Below are positions 1 through 12,570 of a stretch of DNA of 64,000 nucleotides, one piece after another. Position numbers and translations under genes: made by a program. The notes under the pieces were generated by a model that was not told the origin of the DNA, did not search any database, and was given only the letters and a program-made list of their open reading frames with translations. Position 1 is the first letter of the stretch; every line of letters begins with the position of its first letter. The DNA is from Basidiobolus meristosporus CBS 931.73 (taxonomy: Eukaryota; Fungi; Basidiobolomycota): contig MCFE01000045.1 in NCBI GenBank assembly GCA_002104905.1, positions 134,921 through 198,920 of the forward strand. The letters run 5' to 3'.

Positions 1-896
1 ACACTGAACAGCGCATCCAGGCTGAAAGCTCTCCGGGATCCATACGCTACAGCTCGGACTACATCGACCCATCCAAGGTGATTTCCAAATGCAAGGAAAC
101 CTTGGAGGAGCTGATCGTCAAGATCTACAACCTCCTGATGCAGGATTTGAAGAAGAGGGTGAACAAGCTGATTATCCCTGGGGTGGTGGAAAGCCAGCCT
201 CTCATAGAGTACTACATCCAGGAGTCAGGCTTCTTCAAAAAGATCATGACCAACGCTCGAAACAGCATGATCCCACCCTCGGTCAAGATCATCACGGATT
301 TCCTTGAGCACGAGTGGAGCCTGCTGACGGGGTATTTCATTGACATCGAGGTGAGCAGCCACATCGTCGAGGAGCTGCTGAACTTCGTCGGCGCCACCGC
401 CTTCAACAACGTCATCATGAGACGCAACTTCTGCTCGTGGAAGAGAGGGACGCAGATCCAGGCCAACATCACTTCGATCCAGGAGTGGTGCGCCAAGACT
501 TCGCACGACATCCCCGAGATCGTGCATCTAGAGCAGCTTCGGCAGGCGATGAAACTGCTGACGCTTCTGAACACCGTCCAAGATATAGACGTCCTGTTCC
601 AGGCATGCGATTCGCTGAACCCTGGCCAGATCAAGAAGCTCAGCTCCATCTATGCCGTCTCCGATTACGAGGAGCCGCTCTCCCCCAAGATCCTGACCGA
701 GATTGCTCAGAGAAGCGAGGCTACCGAGAAGGTGGACAACCTCTTCCTCCCGGCAGAGAGCATGATAGACACATATAGGGTAGGGAAGCTTGTTCAAGTT
801 ATGATCTACTCGCCCACAGACGAATACATCCCCGACTGGATGCGACTGCACCTGTTGAGACATGTCCTTCAAACCCGTGCCCCACACGCCAACTAA
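1..896 (+). CDS. DIL (dilute) domain protein, probably the C-terminal cargo-binding tail of a class V myosin; 5'-partial
   Basis: Frame is open from the window edge. Contains AFNNVIMRRNFCSWKRGTQIQANITSIQEWC and LEQLRQAMKLL...CDSLNPGQIKKL, typical of the Myo2/MyoV DIL domain. Confidence 0.75.
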   Translation, partial: TEQRIQAESSPGSIRYSSDYIDPSKVISKCKETLEELIVKIYNLLMQDLKKRVNKLIIPGVVESQPLIEYYIQESGFFKKIMTNARNSMIPPSVKIITDFLEHEWSLLTGYFIDIEVSSHIVEELLNFVGATAFNNVIMRRNFCSWKRGTQIQANITSIQEWCAKTSHDIPEIVHLEQLRQAMKLLTLLNTVQDIDVLFQACDSLNPGQIKKLSSIYAVSDYEEPLSPKILTEIAQRSEATEKVDNLFLPAESMIDTYRVGKLVQVMIYSPTDEYIPDWMRLHLLRHVLQTRAPHAN

Positions 897-969
897 TGCT
901 TTTTTGATTATTCTTTGCCCGTTCCTTGGAGGTTTATTCGTTCAATGTTCATTCTGTCAATTCTAATGC

Positions 970-2939
970 TTAATAAATGAATCCTCGCTGCGAGGTCAGA
1001 TAGACCCAAGAGAACCCTAGCCAGCTATAGAGCACGCCGACTGCGCAGTAGATCGAGGTCAACATCAGCGGCAGGAACTCGTATCTCGATGCTCCGAAAA
1101 GGGCCGGGTGCGCGATCGAGCTGTAGAACTGGATGAGGAACGCTCCACAGAGATAGCCGACCTCTGACCACCTGCAATAGCTGGCCTTGGCCGCCTTCTT
1201 GTAGAGCCCGCCTCTCCAGGTGATCCCAAGCACGATGGCATTCCATAGCCCGAAGATGACCAACTTGACTGGGGTCTCTGGGATTTCGATCAGCAGCGGG
1301 AACAGGGAGAAGTAGCCAGCGATGGAAAGGATCACGAGGAAATGATCGCTCGCTCGAGTCTTGCCGAAGAGTAGGTTATAGGGAATGATCACCAGCAAGA
1401 TTGCCTTTTCGTGAACATGCCAGCCAAACAGAAACGATGAGAATCCGCAGAGGACGACCGCCCCGACAAATCTGTCCGGGCTGGGCCTGCGAAAGAGCGA
1501 CACCATGAATGGCTTTGTAGGGGGCTTTAGTCACGGTTCGTCGGCGAGAGGCGTGGAGATGACTTACCAGCTGCGTGAGGAATGTCAGTTGGAATGTATG
1601 ACCAGCCGTCGGAGTCGGTAAGATCCCGTAGGCAATGTCACCCACGATTCCCCTGGTTGCAGATTCCAAGGCTTCGGAGTTGAGGCTAACCCCCAGGACT
1701 TTGTACCCTGCAGAATAGCGTAGTGAGGAAACGGATTGGATTTGGCATCTCATCAAGCTCAACGTTACACTGTATCAACATTCGGTCCAAGAACGAGTAG
1801 AGAGCCCAGAAGTTAGGAGCCCAATAGGCGTGGCATAGGCCACGTTTGAAAGGGAAAAGACGAACGGCCAGCTGGCCGAGTTGACCATAGTATACAAACG
1901 GGCCTAGGGAAATCCCAAAAATCCCCACGACCACAAGCCCCATCTTGATCAAGTTCGAGAAGGAGAAGGAGTAGGAAGCCCCTGGTAGGATCGAAATACG
2001 CGTCAGGGGGCGATGTGGGCCGTTGGCTGTTCATGACCACCTACCTTTCTTTCTGGGCCTGGCGGTGAAGCAGTAGGTTTTGAGAATGTAGGCAAAGTAG
2101 GCAGGGGCCAAATACAGATAGATATGCTTGAAGTTGAGCAAAGCGCTGAACAATGCACCCGATAAAAGTACGTTCCCCTAAAGTAACAACGAGGTGGACC
2201 GTTAGTTCCCAGGCCATGTCTGTTCGAGGAATATCTGCCCACCCTCATCATCTCGACGAGCGAAAACACCAGGATGCCAAAGAGAAACCCGTTGTATTGG
2301 AAATGGATATGGTCGATGAAATAGAACCCGGGGCTGAGGTAAATCAGGGCGGCGATGGCTTTGTTGCGATAGCTGTATCCGAAGCTGGAAAGGAACCTGG
2401 ATTTCGCAAGCAATGTGAGAAGAACCCAGCATGGTTAGTCACTCATGTGTGGATAGGGTCTAACCTGCACACAGCGGCAAATAATAAGAGCTCGCTGACC
2501 AAGACGGTAATACGTTGGAAGAGAATCGTATTGGGACTGGCGTGGTTCAGGTTGTCGACCCTCAACATCTCAGGGTCGAAGAGACCGGCGAACCAGGACA
2601 TCGACCACTCGAACCAAGCAAAGAACGGCGGATAATCAAGAGTCCATTCACTTGTTTTCTGTTGGGATGCTCGGTGAGTACTGATGCTCGGGCCCGAAAA
2701 ACGGCACGAAGCTACGTACCTCGTAGTACCACTTCGAAATCGGAAGATTGTGTGTAAGGGCCAACCAATTTCTATGCACCTCGAAATCGGTAGAAAAGCT
2801 GGAGCAGATTAGAAAACCGGTGGAGAGTGGGGCAGATGGAAAGTGGGACCTACTATGTCGAGTACAATAGAGCCTTGGTAAAGAGGCCGAAAAACAGGAT
2901 GTCCCTAGTAAACGTTTCCTTCCCAGAATCCCTTCCCAT
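970..2939 (-). CDS. ALG8: Dolichyl-P-Glc alpha-1,3-glucosyltransferase, multi-exon
   Basis: Motifs [65 protein letters not shown] and [17 protein letters not shown] read at 2939 ([10 protein letters not shown]). Confidence 0.93.
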
Positions 2940-3277
2940 GTGCAGAAATTAGAGACCTTGGTTTGTTCCACTTGCACTGGAACCTTCAGTTGGCTTTTAC
3001 CGTGGGTTGAACGCCTCTAAATTGATTGGCAAATCACGTTCATTGAATTGGATGATCATTTCATGATATACAATCTTCAGAATAACATTCCCATAGCTGC
3101 TTGTGGAGGACGATTTATTGAAACACGAAAAACACAAACTGGTCATCGGAATGCAATCATATGAGTAGAGTATATATCGGAAGAAGTAGGGAGGGATACA
3201 TTAAGTTTGCTTATCATAAGGCGACTATTTACAGGAAGAAATACGCAGAAGGTAGAATGGATGGGACACCGGGCTTG

Positions 3278-4543
3278 TTAACACTCCATAACTGTGGCTA
3301 GTGTATTCGATTTCTTCGAGACTATGGGTGGGAAAGTGATTTCTGTCGGGGAGCAGTTGATGTTTGCCAGCAAACCGTCATTAAAGAGTGGCGATTGTGA
3401 GATTTGGACATCGATTCTTGGCCGCGATTGTCTTCGTGATTGTTGATACATATTAGAGATATGGGTCTCGCTCTTGTTGCCGCCGTTCTGAATAAGACTG
3501 GAGGATTGAGTATGGCTCATCGATTTACAAGGTCTTGGAACTCGGGGTTTGGTAGTTTGGACATTATTGGCGCTGGCTCGACGGGCCATTTCCCTGTACA
3601 GATTTCCCAGGGGAACCTCTGGTAGAGTCCGGACGGCATATTTAGAGCGTATGGTGATGGCCCGAAGAGAGTTCAACCATGTCTTGAAATCCTCCAAGGA
3701 TTCTGCTTGGATATACCATGGGTGCGCCAAACCATTTTGAAGCTCCAGCACCCATCGTTTCTCTGGATATTTGTCGCAAATAGTAGCGGTGGTGGACGCA
3801 GTAATTTCCATGGAGTTGGTCGACATGGATTGCCCGGAGGATGACTTGAACTGGTAAAGATGAGTTGAGGTAAGAACTAGTAGGCGGCGTTTCCACGCTT
3901 TGCGGTGAAAGAAGGTGTTGCTGATACGAAGCTTGTTTAGCCATCCAGCAAGAACCGCATCCATGTAAGCCTCGTTCAAAGTGACTTCCTTGATTTGGTG
4001 AGGAGTAGCAGCACCTTGATCTTTGAAGAATTTGGGGGAATGAGAGAACTCGGAGCTCCAAGCGAAGTATGCACTGGACTCGCTCTTCTCGCTGTTGTTG
4101 GAGCTGACAGAGGCATTGGAATATTTGCGTGAGCTAACTAAATCATGCGACTCATGGCCAAGCTCGGCCGGGGTGGAGGGGCCACTGGACTCAGATTCGG
4201 AGACCACCTTATCTAGGCACGCATCCAACGATTCTAGCAATTCGTTAACCTTGGTTTGATAGCTCGGCTCAGCAGAATGGGAAGAGCTGTCCTCTCTGGA
4301 TACCCTCCGCTGTTGGACAATTGCTTGGAGTGTATCACGAAGCCCATCCAAGCTCTTGGCCAAATTGCTTGGGCCCGCTTGTTTTCTGCTCTCCACGTAC
4401 TGCGGAAAAGCTGGACGTCTTTTACGGGGCAACATTGGAGAGGACAAAGATGCGGCATCGCTAGAATACATGGACCTACTCTTGGACCCATCCAGCAGAG
4501 CCAAGGTTTGCATGTGTGCCAAGCTTTTGTTGGTGACGGTCAT
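3278..4543 (-). CDS. PH-domain protein
   Basis: Intronless 421-aa ORF with AGWLNKL...WKRRLLVLTSTHLYQFK...WYIQAESLEDFKTWLNSLR, a PH fold signature. Confidence 0.8.
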   Translation of the reverse strand: MTVTNKSLAHMQTLALLDGSKSRSMYSSDAASLSSPMLPRKRRPAFPQYVESRKQAGPSNLAKSLDGLRDTLQAIVQQRRVSREDSSSHSAEPSYQTKVNELLESLDACLDKVVSESESSGPSTPAELGHESHDLVSSRKYSNASVSSNNSEKSESSAYFAWSSEFSHSPKFFKDQGAATPHQIKEVTLNEAYMDAVLAGWLNKLRISNTFFHRKAWKRRLLVLTSTHLYQFKSSSGQSMSTNSMEITASTTATICDKYPEKRWVLELQNGLAHPWYIQAESLEDFKTWLNSLRAITIRSKYAVRTLPEVPLGNLYREMARRASANNVQTTKPRVPRPCKSMSHTQSSSLIQNGGNKSETHISNMYQQSRRQSRPRIDVQISQSPLFNDGLLANINCSPTEITFPPIVSKKSNTLATVMEC

Positions 4544-5512
4544 GATATGATCTGGTTCAGAATATTAGTCAATCAATTTCAAAGCATTGTATGGTTGATG
4601 GGAGCATTACCTGATACGCAGTGGTAGACAGAGGAGCCGAGCTGAGCGGGGGCTGGGGGAAACAAGGCTTTATTATAAACAGTATGTTGATGAAGGGTGC
4701 CAAACAAGCAGAGACTCGTGAAGTAGTGAGGGACCACGTATTCGCAAGATTTTCTCTCAATACACTGCGGGAAGACTCTAAATGCTTGATGAGAAACTTC
4801 ACACCAAGCACTTGCGTTGCATTTTATAGGGCAGAAGCAGTCTCGAATCAGCGCTCATTATCGGCATTATCGGTGCCATCAACTGACAACATCCAATCAG
4901 GAAATAATTAATGACAGATTCAATGCAAATACACCAGAATATATAAATCTACAGAAATCCGACGACCACAGTTTCGCCAGAGTGACACCAACACCTGAGC
5001 CGTAGAAAGAATCACCACCCACCACTGGACCATCTACGAGCGCAAGTGTGTGAATCCCTCACCTTTCAACGAGCAGGCCAGCATAGATGGCGTGGAAGTT
5101 GAGTGGAGGTGAGCTTTGGAACCTTGATTGTTTCATGGTTAATGGCCAACAAGAAGACAAAGCACATCACCGATAGGTTGTCACTACAAACCATCGCGGT
5201 CTGCAATTGGGGCACCAGTGAGACAGGTACCACGGAGGACGTGGGGCAGTAAATTATACTAGTTGGTATGACATTGACAATGAAAGAAAGCTCCGAGGCG
5301 TATCGATGATTATGTGTGCATGCGCGTATGCGTGTATGTGTATATTAACCGTCTCTTATTTTGTGTAATTCTGCGGTGGTGTAGGTTGGCCATGATTGGG
5401 TGATTCTGTCAGGGTTCACAAGGTGGATGTTACTTTGTTTCACTATCGGGGAAAATGAACACAAGACACCGGTGGGAACGGCAGGAGGTTTATTATATCA
5501 ATTGGATTGTTT

Positions 5513-6599
5513 CTATTTGTTTCTATTCCATAAATGAGGTAGCACCTTGGGAAGGTCGGTGACTTTGTGGATCTGGTGGTGACCGGTTTGAGAGAGCTCC
5601 GGATGATCAGTTACATGAATGGCTGTCCATCCAAGTTCCTTGTTGAATTCGTTTCAGCAGACCGCGGTTGAGAGCATGACTAAGGCTTGCTTACCTGTGC
5701 TGTGTTTACGTTGGCAGCAGAGTCATCAACCAAATAGCACAATTTGGGATCGGTAGCCCCAGCTTGCATCATGGCGCGGTGATACATGGGTGCGTCTACA
5801 GGCCAAATCATTAATTTGGACGCTTGGGGAAAGCCGAAAAGTAGGATGCATACCTGGTTTGGATGGGAAATCTGGTTCGCAGTAGTCGCAATAAGTGATT
5901 CCGTCAAATTGATCTTCAATTCCCAGTATTCTCAAAACGCGTTGGGCGTGCTACAAGTTGTCAATTTAGCCGCTATACTTGATGTCGGCGGTGGGTTACT
6001 TACGGGAAGCCCGGCATTGGTGAAGACCCACTTCTTCATATCCAAGCTTTGAAGCATCTGACGAAGCTCTAGATTGGGCTCTAAAATGTCTTCTAAAGGC
6101 AAGCCTCCATCGACTTTTTTGTCTATTGCAAGGCAAGATTTAGTGCTTGTCGCGAATACTGCTGAGCGGAGATGCTAACCATATTCAACCGGGTCGATTT
6201 CTGTTTACAAGTAAAGCAACCATTGAGTTCGCAAATAAAGAACATTACTCCAAGATAATAGAGCAGTACCATGATGCTTGATCAAGCCACGAACGGCGAG
6301 ACCGTAATCGAGGTAGTACCGCTCACACAAATGCTCCACTAAAGAAAGTTAACGTCGAGGGATATTGGGCGAGGGGCAAGCGGATCTGTACCTTCATCTT
6401 GAGAGATTCCAACCGCCATGCCGTATTCGTAGATTCTATATGTACGTTTAGTTTCTGCGTCTAGGAGCGTAAGTAAGCTAAAGTACCTTTCTTTCATCAT
6501 GTTGGCAATGCCAGAGCTCTGTGGATAAAGGCAATTATCTACATCGAAAAAGAACACCGGCTGTGCCTCTGTAAGTTTGGAAGTAGCTGTATTCACCAT
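5513..6599 (-). CDS. HAD-superfamily pyrimidine 5'-nucleotidase (Sdt1/Phm8-like), multi-exon
   Basis: HAD motif I FFFDVDNCLY, then ILGIEDQFDGITYCDY, KP, and LVDDSAANV. The last exon reads ELGWTAIHV...HLWNRNK* with the stop at 5513-5515. Confidence 0.85.
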
Positions 6600-7024
6600 T
6601 GCTTTCGTGAAAATGAAGGATACCAGGAATTACCAAGTTTAATATTGAAAATCCTTACTACGGAATTGATGTCCAACCAAGCGGCTCGACGAATAAGGCA
6701 AATCAAGCCATTACTCATTATTACTATATACCCAAGATATAGTCAACTTACTATGCCAGATAAAATAGGATTTCAAGCTTATATTAATAAATAAGCCACA
6801 TTACTACCTGGCAGCTAGTATTATTCTAGTCAATCGCCTTCCCCTTTCTTTGCTCATCTGAAAGGGTCGGTTTAATATGAGTTACGAATATCCTCAGGTA
6901 AAGTAAAACAATATGTTCATTGGACGTAAGGCTCATCTTTCGCCGTCTGATACAGCCAACCATTCCACACCCCCAAGTCGGAAACACCAAAATGCTGTCC
7001 GACTTCTTGGGCGACTTGTTTACC

Positions 7025-8154
7025 ATGGGTTGCTTAAAAGTAAGGTTTTCTAATGTTAAGGAGAGTTAACTAGCTGTACCAACCTTGGTTTATTTAACAC
7101 CTAGGGCTTCCGTTTCTTCGAGCTCTATCTTCGTGGACGTGAAGAGTTGCTATTGCAGGTATATAGGCAGGGTGATCGTGGTGCTAAGAAACCCGCGCCT
7201 TCCAAGGCCTTTCAAATAGCAAAAGCGCAGTACGTAGTTAGGCTCATCACGGGCAATATCCACGTTGGATTTAACTGTTGTCTCCCCACGTAGGAAAAGC
7301 TCGGGCATATCACACAGAACACAAAAGCAGTAAATAAGGCTACCACGAAGGATTATTTAATCCACGCCTCTTAATTCTATACGGTTTTAGGATGAAGTTA
7401 ATGCCTTCCGGACCTATGCTTCCAGCAACAACCCCGTTGGATCATGACCTACAGCGGGTAAATGGCTGATCATGGGGGAGACGTTTATCATTGTTTCTGA
7501 TGCCTATTCGAGCACTTAGGACCAAACTCGCACGGCATTTCTCATTGCTGGCTACGCACGATACAAAAGACCTTACGTCTGGGTAGGCTACTGCACTCTG
7601 CTCATAAACAACCTAGATCTAACCCTCGACGTAGCTGCGGTCAAACCACAAAGAGCTTCTGAAGCTTGAGATAGACTCCACAAGCAACAAGGATGCGGAC
7701 AATCCCCTTAAGCTCGATTCTATCGCACAATGGAAAGCCAACGGTTCTAGGGTTTGTTTGCCTCTTGTATGATCAAGCACATACTCACTCCTACCACAGA
7801 GGTCAAAGTCTGGGATGTTATCGCGGAAATCGTTACTCTAACTCAAGACCCCGCACCAATCAACCCATTTGCGATAAATCACGATTTCTTCGATAGCTTG
7901 CCTGTAGAGGAGTGTGTGTTTGCCACCGGCGCACTGATATCTGTACTTCAGAAGATCTATCTATCGAATGTCCCTTATGCTGATCAAGGTGTGTACAGAC
8001 AGGACTCGTGTTGTCAGATGATTTGCTAAATCCATAACTTCCAGTGATGAGCGATATTCAACAGCTCCACCAAAGGCACTTCACCGACTTTGGTGAGTTG
8101 GTGGAGCTCCAGCTGATGCAAAAGCAAGCACCGAAGCCCAACCGATTCAACTAA
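7025..8154 (+). CDS. Uncharacterised multi-exon protein
   Basis: Exons joined across GT-AG introns: MGCLK / GFRFFELYLRGREELLLQ / FLIAGYARYKRPYVW / VWDVIAEIVTLTQDPAPINPF...GALISVLQKIYL / VMSDIQQLHQRHF...RFN*. I could not assign a family. Confidence 0.6.
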
Positions 8155-8332
8155 TAAAGCCATAATATGTAGATAACATGTCTGATTGAATCCCGATCTC
8201 GACAAATTGATTCTGACCATTGACAGTGCTCCAAATAGTCAGCTAGCTCTGCGCAATTGGATAATTGGCCGTCTTGTCAACTATAATAGTCATTGGTGTG
8301 AACGAGGTTGGACTTTCTTTTTGTCCCCGAGA

Positions 8333-8963
8333 ATGTCACGACGTATCAAAACTAGCAAGGGCAAAGAGGATAATATTCTTACGCTCCCTTCGGAATTAAG
8401 AATCAAGATACTTGGCTACTTGAGCCCTCATCAGTTGGCACAACTAGGCATCCTCTCGAGGGCCTGGCAACACTATGTTAATGTGAAGCTAAATGTGCTG
8501 TGGTGGAATTGGTGCATGGAATATTTCTGGGAAAGTTCAAGTAGACCCAAGGCTATGGGGAAAGCAGATCAGCGCAAAGATTGGCGCCTACTTTATCTAG
8601 AGGCTCACCTAGGAAAAGAGCTGGGCTCTGTAGCGTACGTTTGTTGAATTAACGGCATATTTACCAACTACTCAGGACTAAACCCACTCACATACTCCTC
8701 TTAGTCGCCCGATACGCAAGAGTAATGAGAATCGACCCGGCTTGGCAAAGCCTTGGCAACACATAAAGGAACCCTCTATTGAGGTTCCGGCCGAGGCCGT
8801 TCCTTTGTCGCATCACAGCAACCACAATAAGGTAAAACCTTGGAGCTTGAACGGCCGTAACAAGATAGAAATGAGAGAATATTACAAGTCGATTCGAAGC
8901 AAGCCCAAGTGGAAGAAGCCCAATCATGATAGCAGCAGGTTGGATTTTCTATGGGATGATTGA
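8333..8963 (+). CDS. F-box protein, two exons
   Basis: ILTLPSELRIKILGYLSPHQLAQLGILSRAWQHYV is an F-box motif. An intron near 8634-8705 joins it to the 8742-8963 frame. Confidence 0.75.
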
Positions 8964-9177
8964 GGCCAACTCTACCTCAGACGCACACTTGCAGGGGCCC
9001 ATTGAGCCATTCGACCAATTACATTGATTAGTATATTAAAGATGTCAGGACGAAGATACTGTGACTACCAGATACGGCCATTGGGAATAAATTTAGATTT
9101 ATATATAAGTAGATGCTAGAGCCTTGCCTGAATAAACACGCACTTTTGGTGTAGTACCTTCGCGAACACTCATTTGC

Positions 9178-10248
9178 ATGATTTTACGCCTGAACAAACA
9201 ACGCGCTTGGTTGGCAGTAGCTGTGGTATTGATTACCGGAGTTCTCTTCTTCGCATTTACAAGGGATTCCAAAGTGGTACTGCTTTCTTCTGAGAGATCT
9301 ACACCAAAGGCGGAGTCCAACAAGACCTCTCTCAATGAACAAGATCTCCACTTGCTCAAGAAACTATCGGTCCCAGATAGGCTGAAAGTCGACGGCTCTT
9401 TATTAAAACCTCTGCTGATACCACGAGTATCCGGAACACCAGGAAACAAGAAAGTCCAAGGTTTCATCAAAAGGCACTTTAAAAAACTGGGTTGGAACAT
9501 AGAGGAAGACCAGTTCAAAGACTCTACACCGCTTGGGGTAAAGTCCTTCAACAATATTGTCGTATCGAAATTTCCCAACAAACCTAGAAAACTGATACTT
9601 GCTGCCCATTTTGACTCCAAATACTACCCAAATGGGGAGTTCATTGGCGCAACAGACTCTGCAGTACCTTGTGCCATCTTGATGGATGTTGCCTCTACTT
9701 TGGATGAATACTTGTCGGATAGCGGAAATCCGGATGTGGGCTTGGAATTGGTGTTCCTCGATGGCGAGGAAGCATTCGTAAATTGGAACAGAGAGGATTC
9801 CGTTTATGGTGCTCGTCATCTAGCAAACAAATGGTCCAACACGCCTGCGCCTGATAATAAGACCCGTATTGAGACCATTGAACTCTTTGTACTTTTGGAT
9901 TTGATTGGTGCCAAAGGCTCTACCATTCTAAACCTTGGGCATTCAGACACCCCCGCTATGAATCAGCTAGTTCTTCTGGAAAAGCGTCTTTCTCAGCTCT
10001 CTCTGCTTTCCAATAGTATGATAGAGGACAATTACTTTAGCGCACGTACATTTTATGCAGGTATCGATGATGACCACAGGCCTTTCCAAGAGAAAGGGGT
10101 CTCCATTGCACATCTTATACCATACCCATTCCCGGATGTTTGGCACAAGTTCAGCGATAACGCTGAAGCCATCGACCATGCAACAGTAGTCGACTTCAGT
10201 TTACTTATGCGTGCTTATGTTGCCGAGTATCTTCGACTTTTCCCATGA
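9178..10248 (+). CDS. Glutaminyl-peptide cyclotransferase-like M28 family protein with N-terminal signal anchor
   Basis: Motifs LAAHFDSK, GATDSAVPCA, FLDGEEAF, LFVLLDLIG, IDDDHRPF and HLIPYPFPDVWH; hydrophobic N-terminal segment. Confidence 0.9.
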   Translation: MILRLNKQRAWLAVAVVLITGVLFFAFTRDSKVVLLSSERSTPKAESNKTSLNEQDLHLLKKLSVPDRLKVDGSLLKPLLIPRVSGTPGNKKVQGFIKRHFKKLGWNIEEDQFKDSTPLGVKSFNNIVVSKFPNKPRKLILAAHFDSKYYPNGEFIGATDSAVPCAILMDVASTLDEYLSDSGNPDVGLELVFLDGEEAFVNWNREDSVYGARHLANKWSNTPAPDNKTRIETIELFVLLDLIGAKGSTILNLGHSDTPAMNQLVLLEKRLSQLSLLSNSMIEDNYFSARTFYAGIDDDHRPFQEKGVSIAHLIPYPFPDVWHKFSDNAEAIDHATVVDFSLLMRAYVAEYLRLFP

Positions 10249-10464
10249 ATTCTACGATTGTATAATAAATTAACGCATAAATTAACCAATTCAATCGGAG
10301 CGAATATCTGACAGTCACTTCAAAAATTTCTCTGCTATTCAATTGAAAAAATTTTGATACCTTATTTGATTAACAGAGTCATATCTGTGGTAAGCTCTGG
10401 GAAAGTTACTCATGCTGTCACGAACAACTCTCAGAGCATTTAGGTGAGGCTCTCCGTCTCGGCT

Positions 10465-11341
10465 ATGCTGTATTCTCGGTATTTACTTACAGATTCCCTT
10501 TCCATCAGGTTAAGCTCAGCCAACTCCTATCTTAAACGATATGGCGCCATAGGAACGAATACAAGAGTGCTTTACAGTACCAGCAGCTCTGGAGACGGAG
10601 AGGGGCAATACCAGAAGCAAAGCAAAGAGGAACAAAAAGTAAACGCCACCTCAGATTTGTTCGCTGACTTGGTTGAGGAAGAAACAAGTAGTGGTCTTGA
10701 CACCAGTTCACCTCTCGAGCAAAGTCTCTTGGACTTGATTGAACGACAGGAGGAGATTTACAAGAACAAAGGTACCCCAGGTCCGAAGTTCCTTGACAAA
10801 TCCCCTCGCAAAATCCCACAAACCGCGCTATGGGACGTTTTGAGCAACAGGTCGGGCTTTCGGTCTAGGCCACGTTCGATTCTTCCAAAAACTATAGACG
10901 AAGATCAGTTGGAATCGCAGATTGCTCAGTTGCAAAGCGCGAAGAATAACCTGGAGTTACGGAATAAGATGGAAGAGTTGTTTTCGACCGAGGACACCCC
11001 TAGAGACGCCATTCTTGGCAACAACCATCTCCTTGGCTCGGAGCTTCGGCGACCCATACATGGGCTATGCCATTTATCAGCAGATGAAACGCAAGGGAGT
11101 GGTCAGTTATGTTACTGGATGCTCGGCGCGCGTGTACAACGAGTTGTTGATAAATAGCTGGGATATCTTGAGGGATCGTACCAAGGTTGAGTCTTTCCTA
11201 ACGGAAATGATTAAAGCTGGAGTAGAGGCGAACCCAGAGACCAAGAGAATCGTTTCCAGAATCATTTCAGAGGAAGCCGAGTACGGAAAGGAAGTGGATT
11301 CCTTGAAAGTCTTAGTACAAAGCTTAGAGTTGCCAGCTTAG
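10465..11341 (+). CDS. Mtf2-like mitochondrial protein, split by an apparent +1 frameshift near 10990-11010
   Basis: Presequence-like N-terminus. The second frame carries FGDPYMGYAIYQQMKRKGVVSYVTGCSARVYNELL, resembling the Mtf2 C-terminal domain. The two ORFs overlap in different frames. Confidence 0.6.
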
Positions 11342-11553
11342 TCCAATCCTCGTTAGCATATGCATCCACCTTCACTCTAGAGTTGTAATTGTTTGATTTA
11401 TTAAGTAAATGTGATGAAATATCCTATCTCAGCCATCTAAACTGCCAAAACCTTTGAGTGAGGTTCTCCCTGGCTGGTGATCCGTATTAAGTGGTAGGTC
11501 GTTATAAGATATATATGAAAAGCGGATGAACCTCAATAAATGCTCACTGAACC

Positions 11554-12458
11554 TCAATAAATGCCCACTGGGCCCACTACTTGGCGCGTCCAAATGGTCG
11601 AAAGTACAGCAAAGAGTAGGTATATGCCGGCTGTCCATACAGTCACAAGCATCAGTGCCCTAAGAGCATTCGCTCGATGTCAATATGATGCAAGGATGAT
11701 AATCAAATGCCTTCACTTACTTGGTACATGGATTCACTGAGTGGCCTGTCGCCATTTTGGTAAGGTCCCCGCCAGGTGTACTCGGCGGACTTCCGGGTTT
11801 CTACTCAGATACGCTAACGTTAGATGGGTCTTAAGAGAAACCTCTATACCATACATACTATGCCCTCAGCTTCGAAGGCGAGAATTTTCTGACTAAGCTC
11901 ATCCAGCTTTTTCTCCTTTTCAAACAGAACTGATTCTCTTCTGTGGAACTCCTGCTGGATTATGTGTATATCTTCTTCTAAAAGTGCTTTCTGAACAAAT
12001 CCAATGAGCGAAAAAGCTCCACTGCGATATAGAAGAGAGCTAAGAGTGACCTTATCTTGTAGTTTACTAAACGAATCTTTCATGACAGTCTGGCTTTCCA
12101 TCTCATTTTGGCGGGCTTCCTCAAACCGACTTACCAGCTCGCCGGCTTGCTTTCTTTCCAGGAAAAACCGAACAGTTTATAAAAGGAATAGTAATGGCAA
12201 GATTTGCAGCCAGGGTACCTGTAGGTTTCGAGCTTCCTCAAATTCAGATTCAGATCGTGTATTGTGTGAACTAGCTATGCGAAAGGTCAAAGGAGTTGGT
12301 ATGAGTGGTTTCCCTACGTTCGTTACCTGTTCTTTGGAAGTAGGTTTCCTTTGCGGCTTGGTTCGGACGGCCATATTGGAATTAAACTTGGGGTATTCTG
12401 TCAATCTACATTTTCCGTCCAGATCATTTCTATATCCGTTTTCACCACTGGTGATCAT
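11554..12458 (-). CDS. Coiled-coil protein with predicted C-terminal transmembrane tail, multi-exon
   Basis: Coiled-coil exons ELVSRFEEARQNEME and EKEKKLDELSQKILAFEAE. My splice model ends ALMLVTVWTAGIYLLFAVLSTIW...GIY*. Confidence 0.45.
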
Positions 12459-12570
12459 TTATGAGTATTTTGACTGGGTCTTTTATTCATTAATATAGAA
12501 GATGAGTATTTATTCCGAAATATACAGTGTCAGTTGAGGCTATTAATACTAAAGATACATGTTGACCTGT

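Noticed and set aside
89-887. Overlapping alternative-frame and antisense ORFs over the DIL gene
   Set aside because: Shadow ORFs caused by high GC3 in the real frame; no motifs.
10956-10992. 37-nt GT-AG intron to repair the Mtf2-like frameshift
   Set aside because: Shorter than other introns here, lacks a branch site, and would delete apparently conserved residues.
11529-11570. 21-nt tandem duplication over the stop of the coiled-coil gene
   Set aside because: Two copies only; ordinary slippage with no coding effect.
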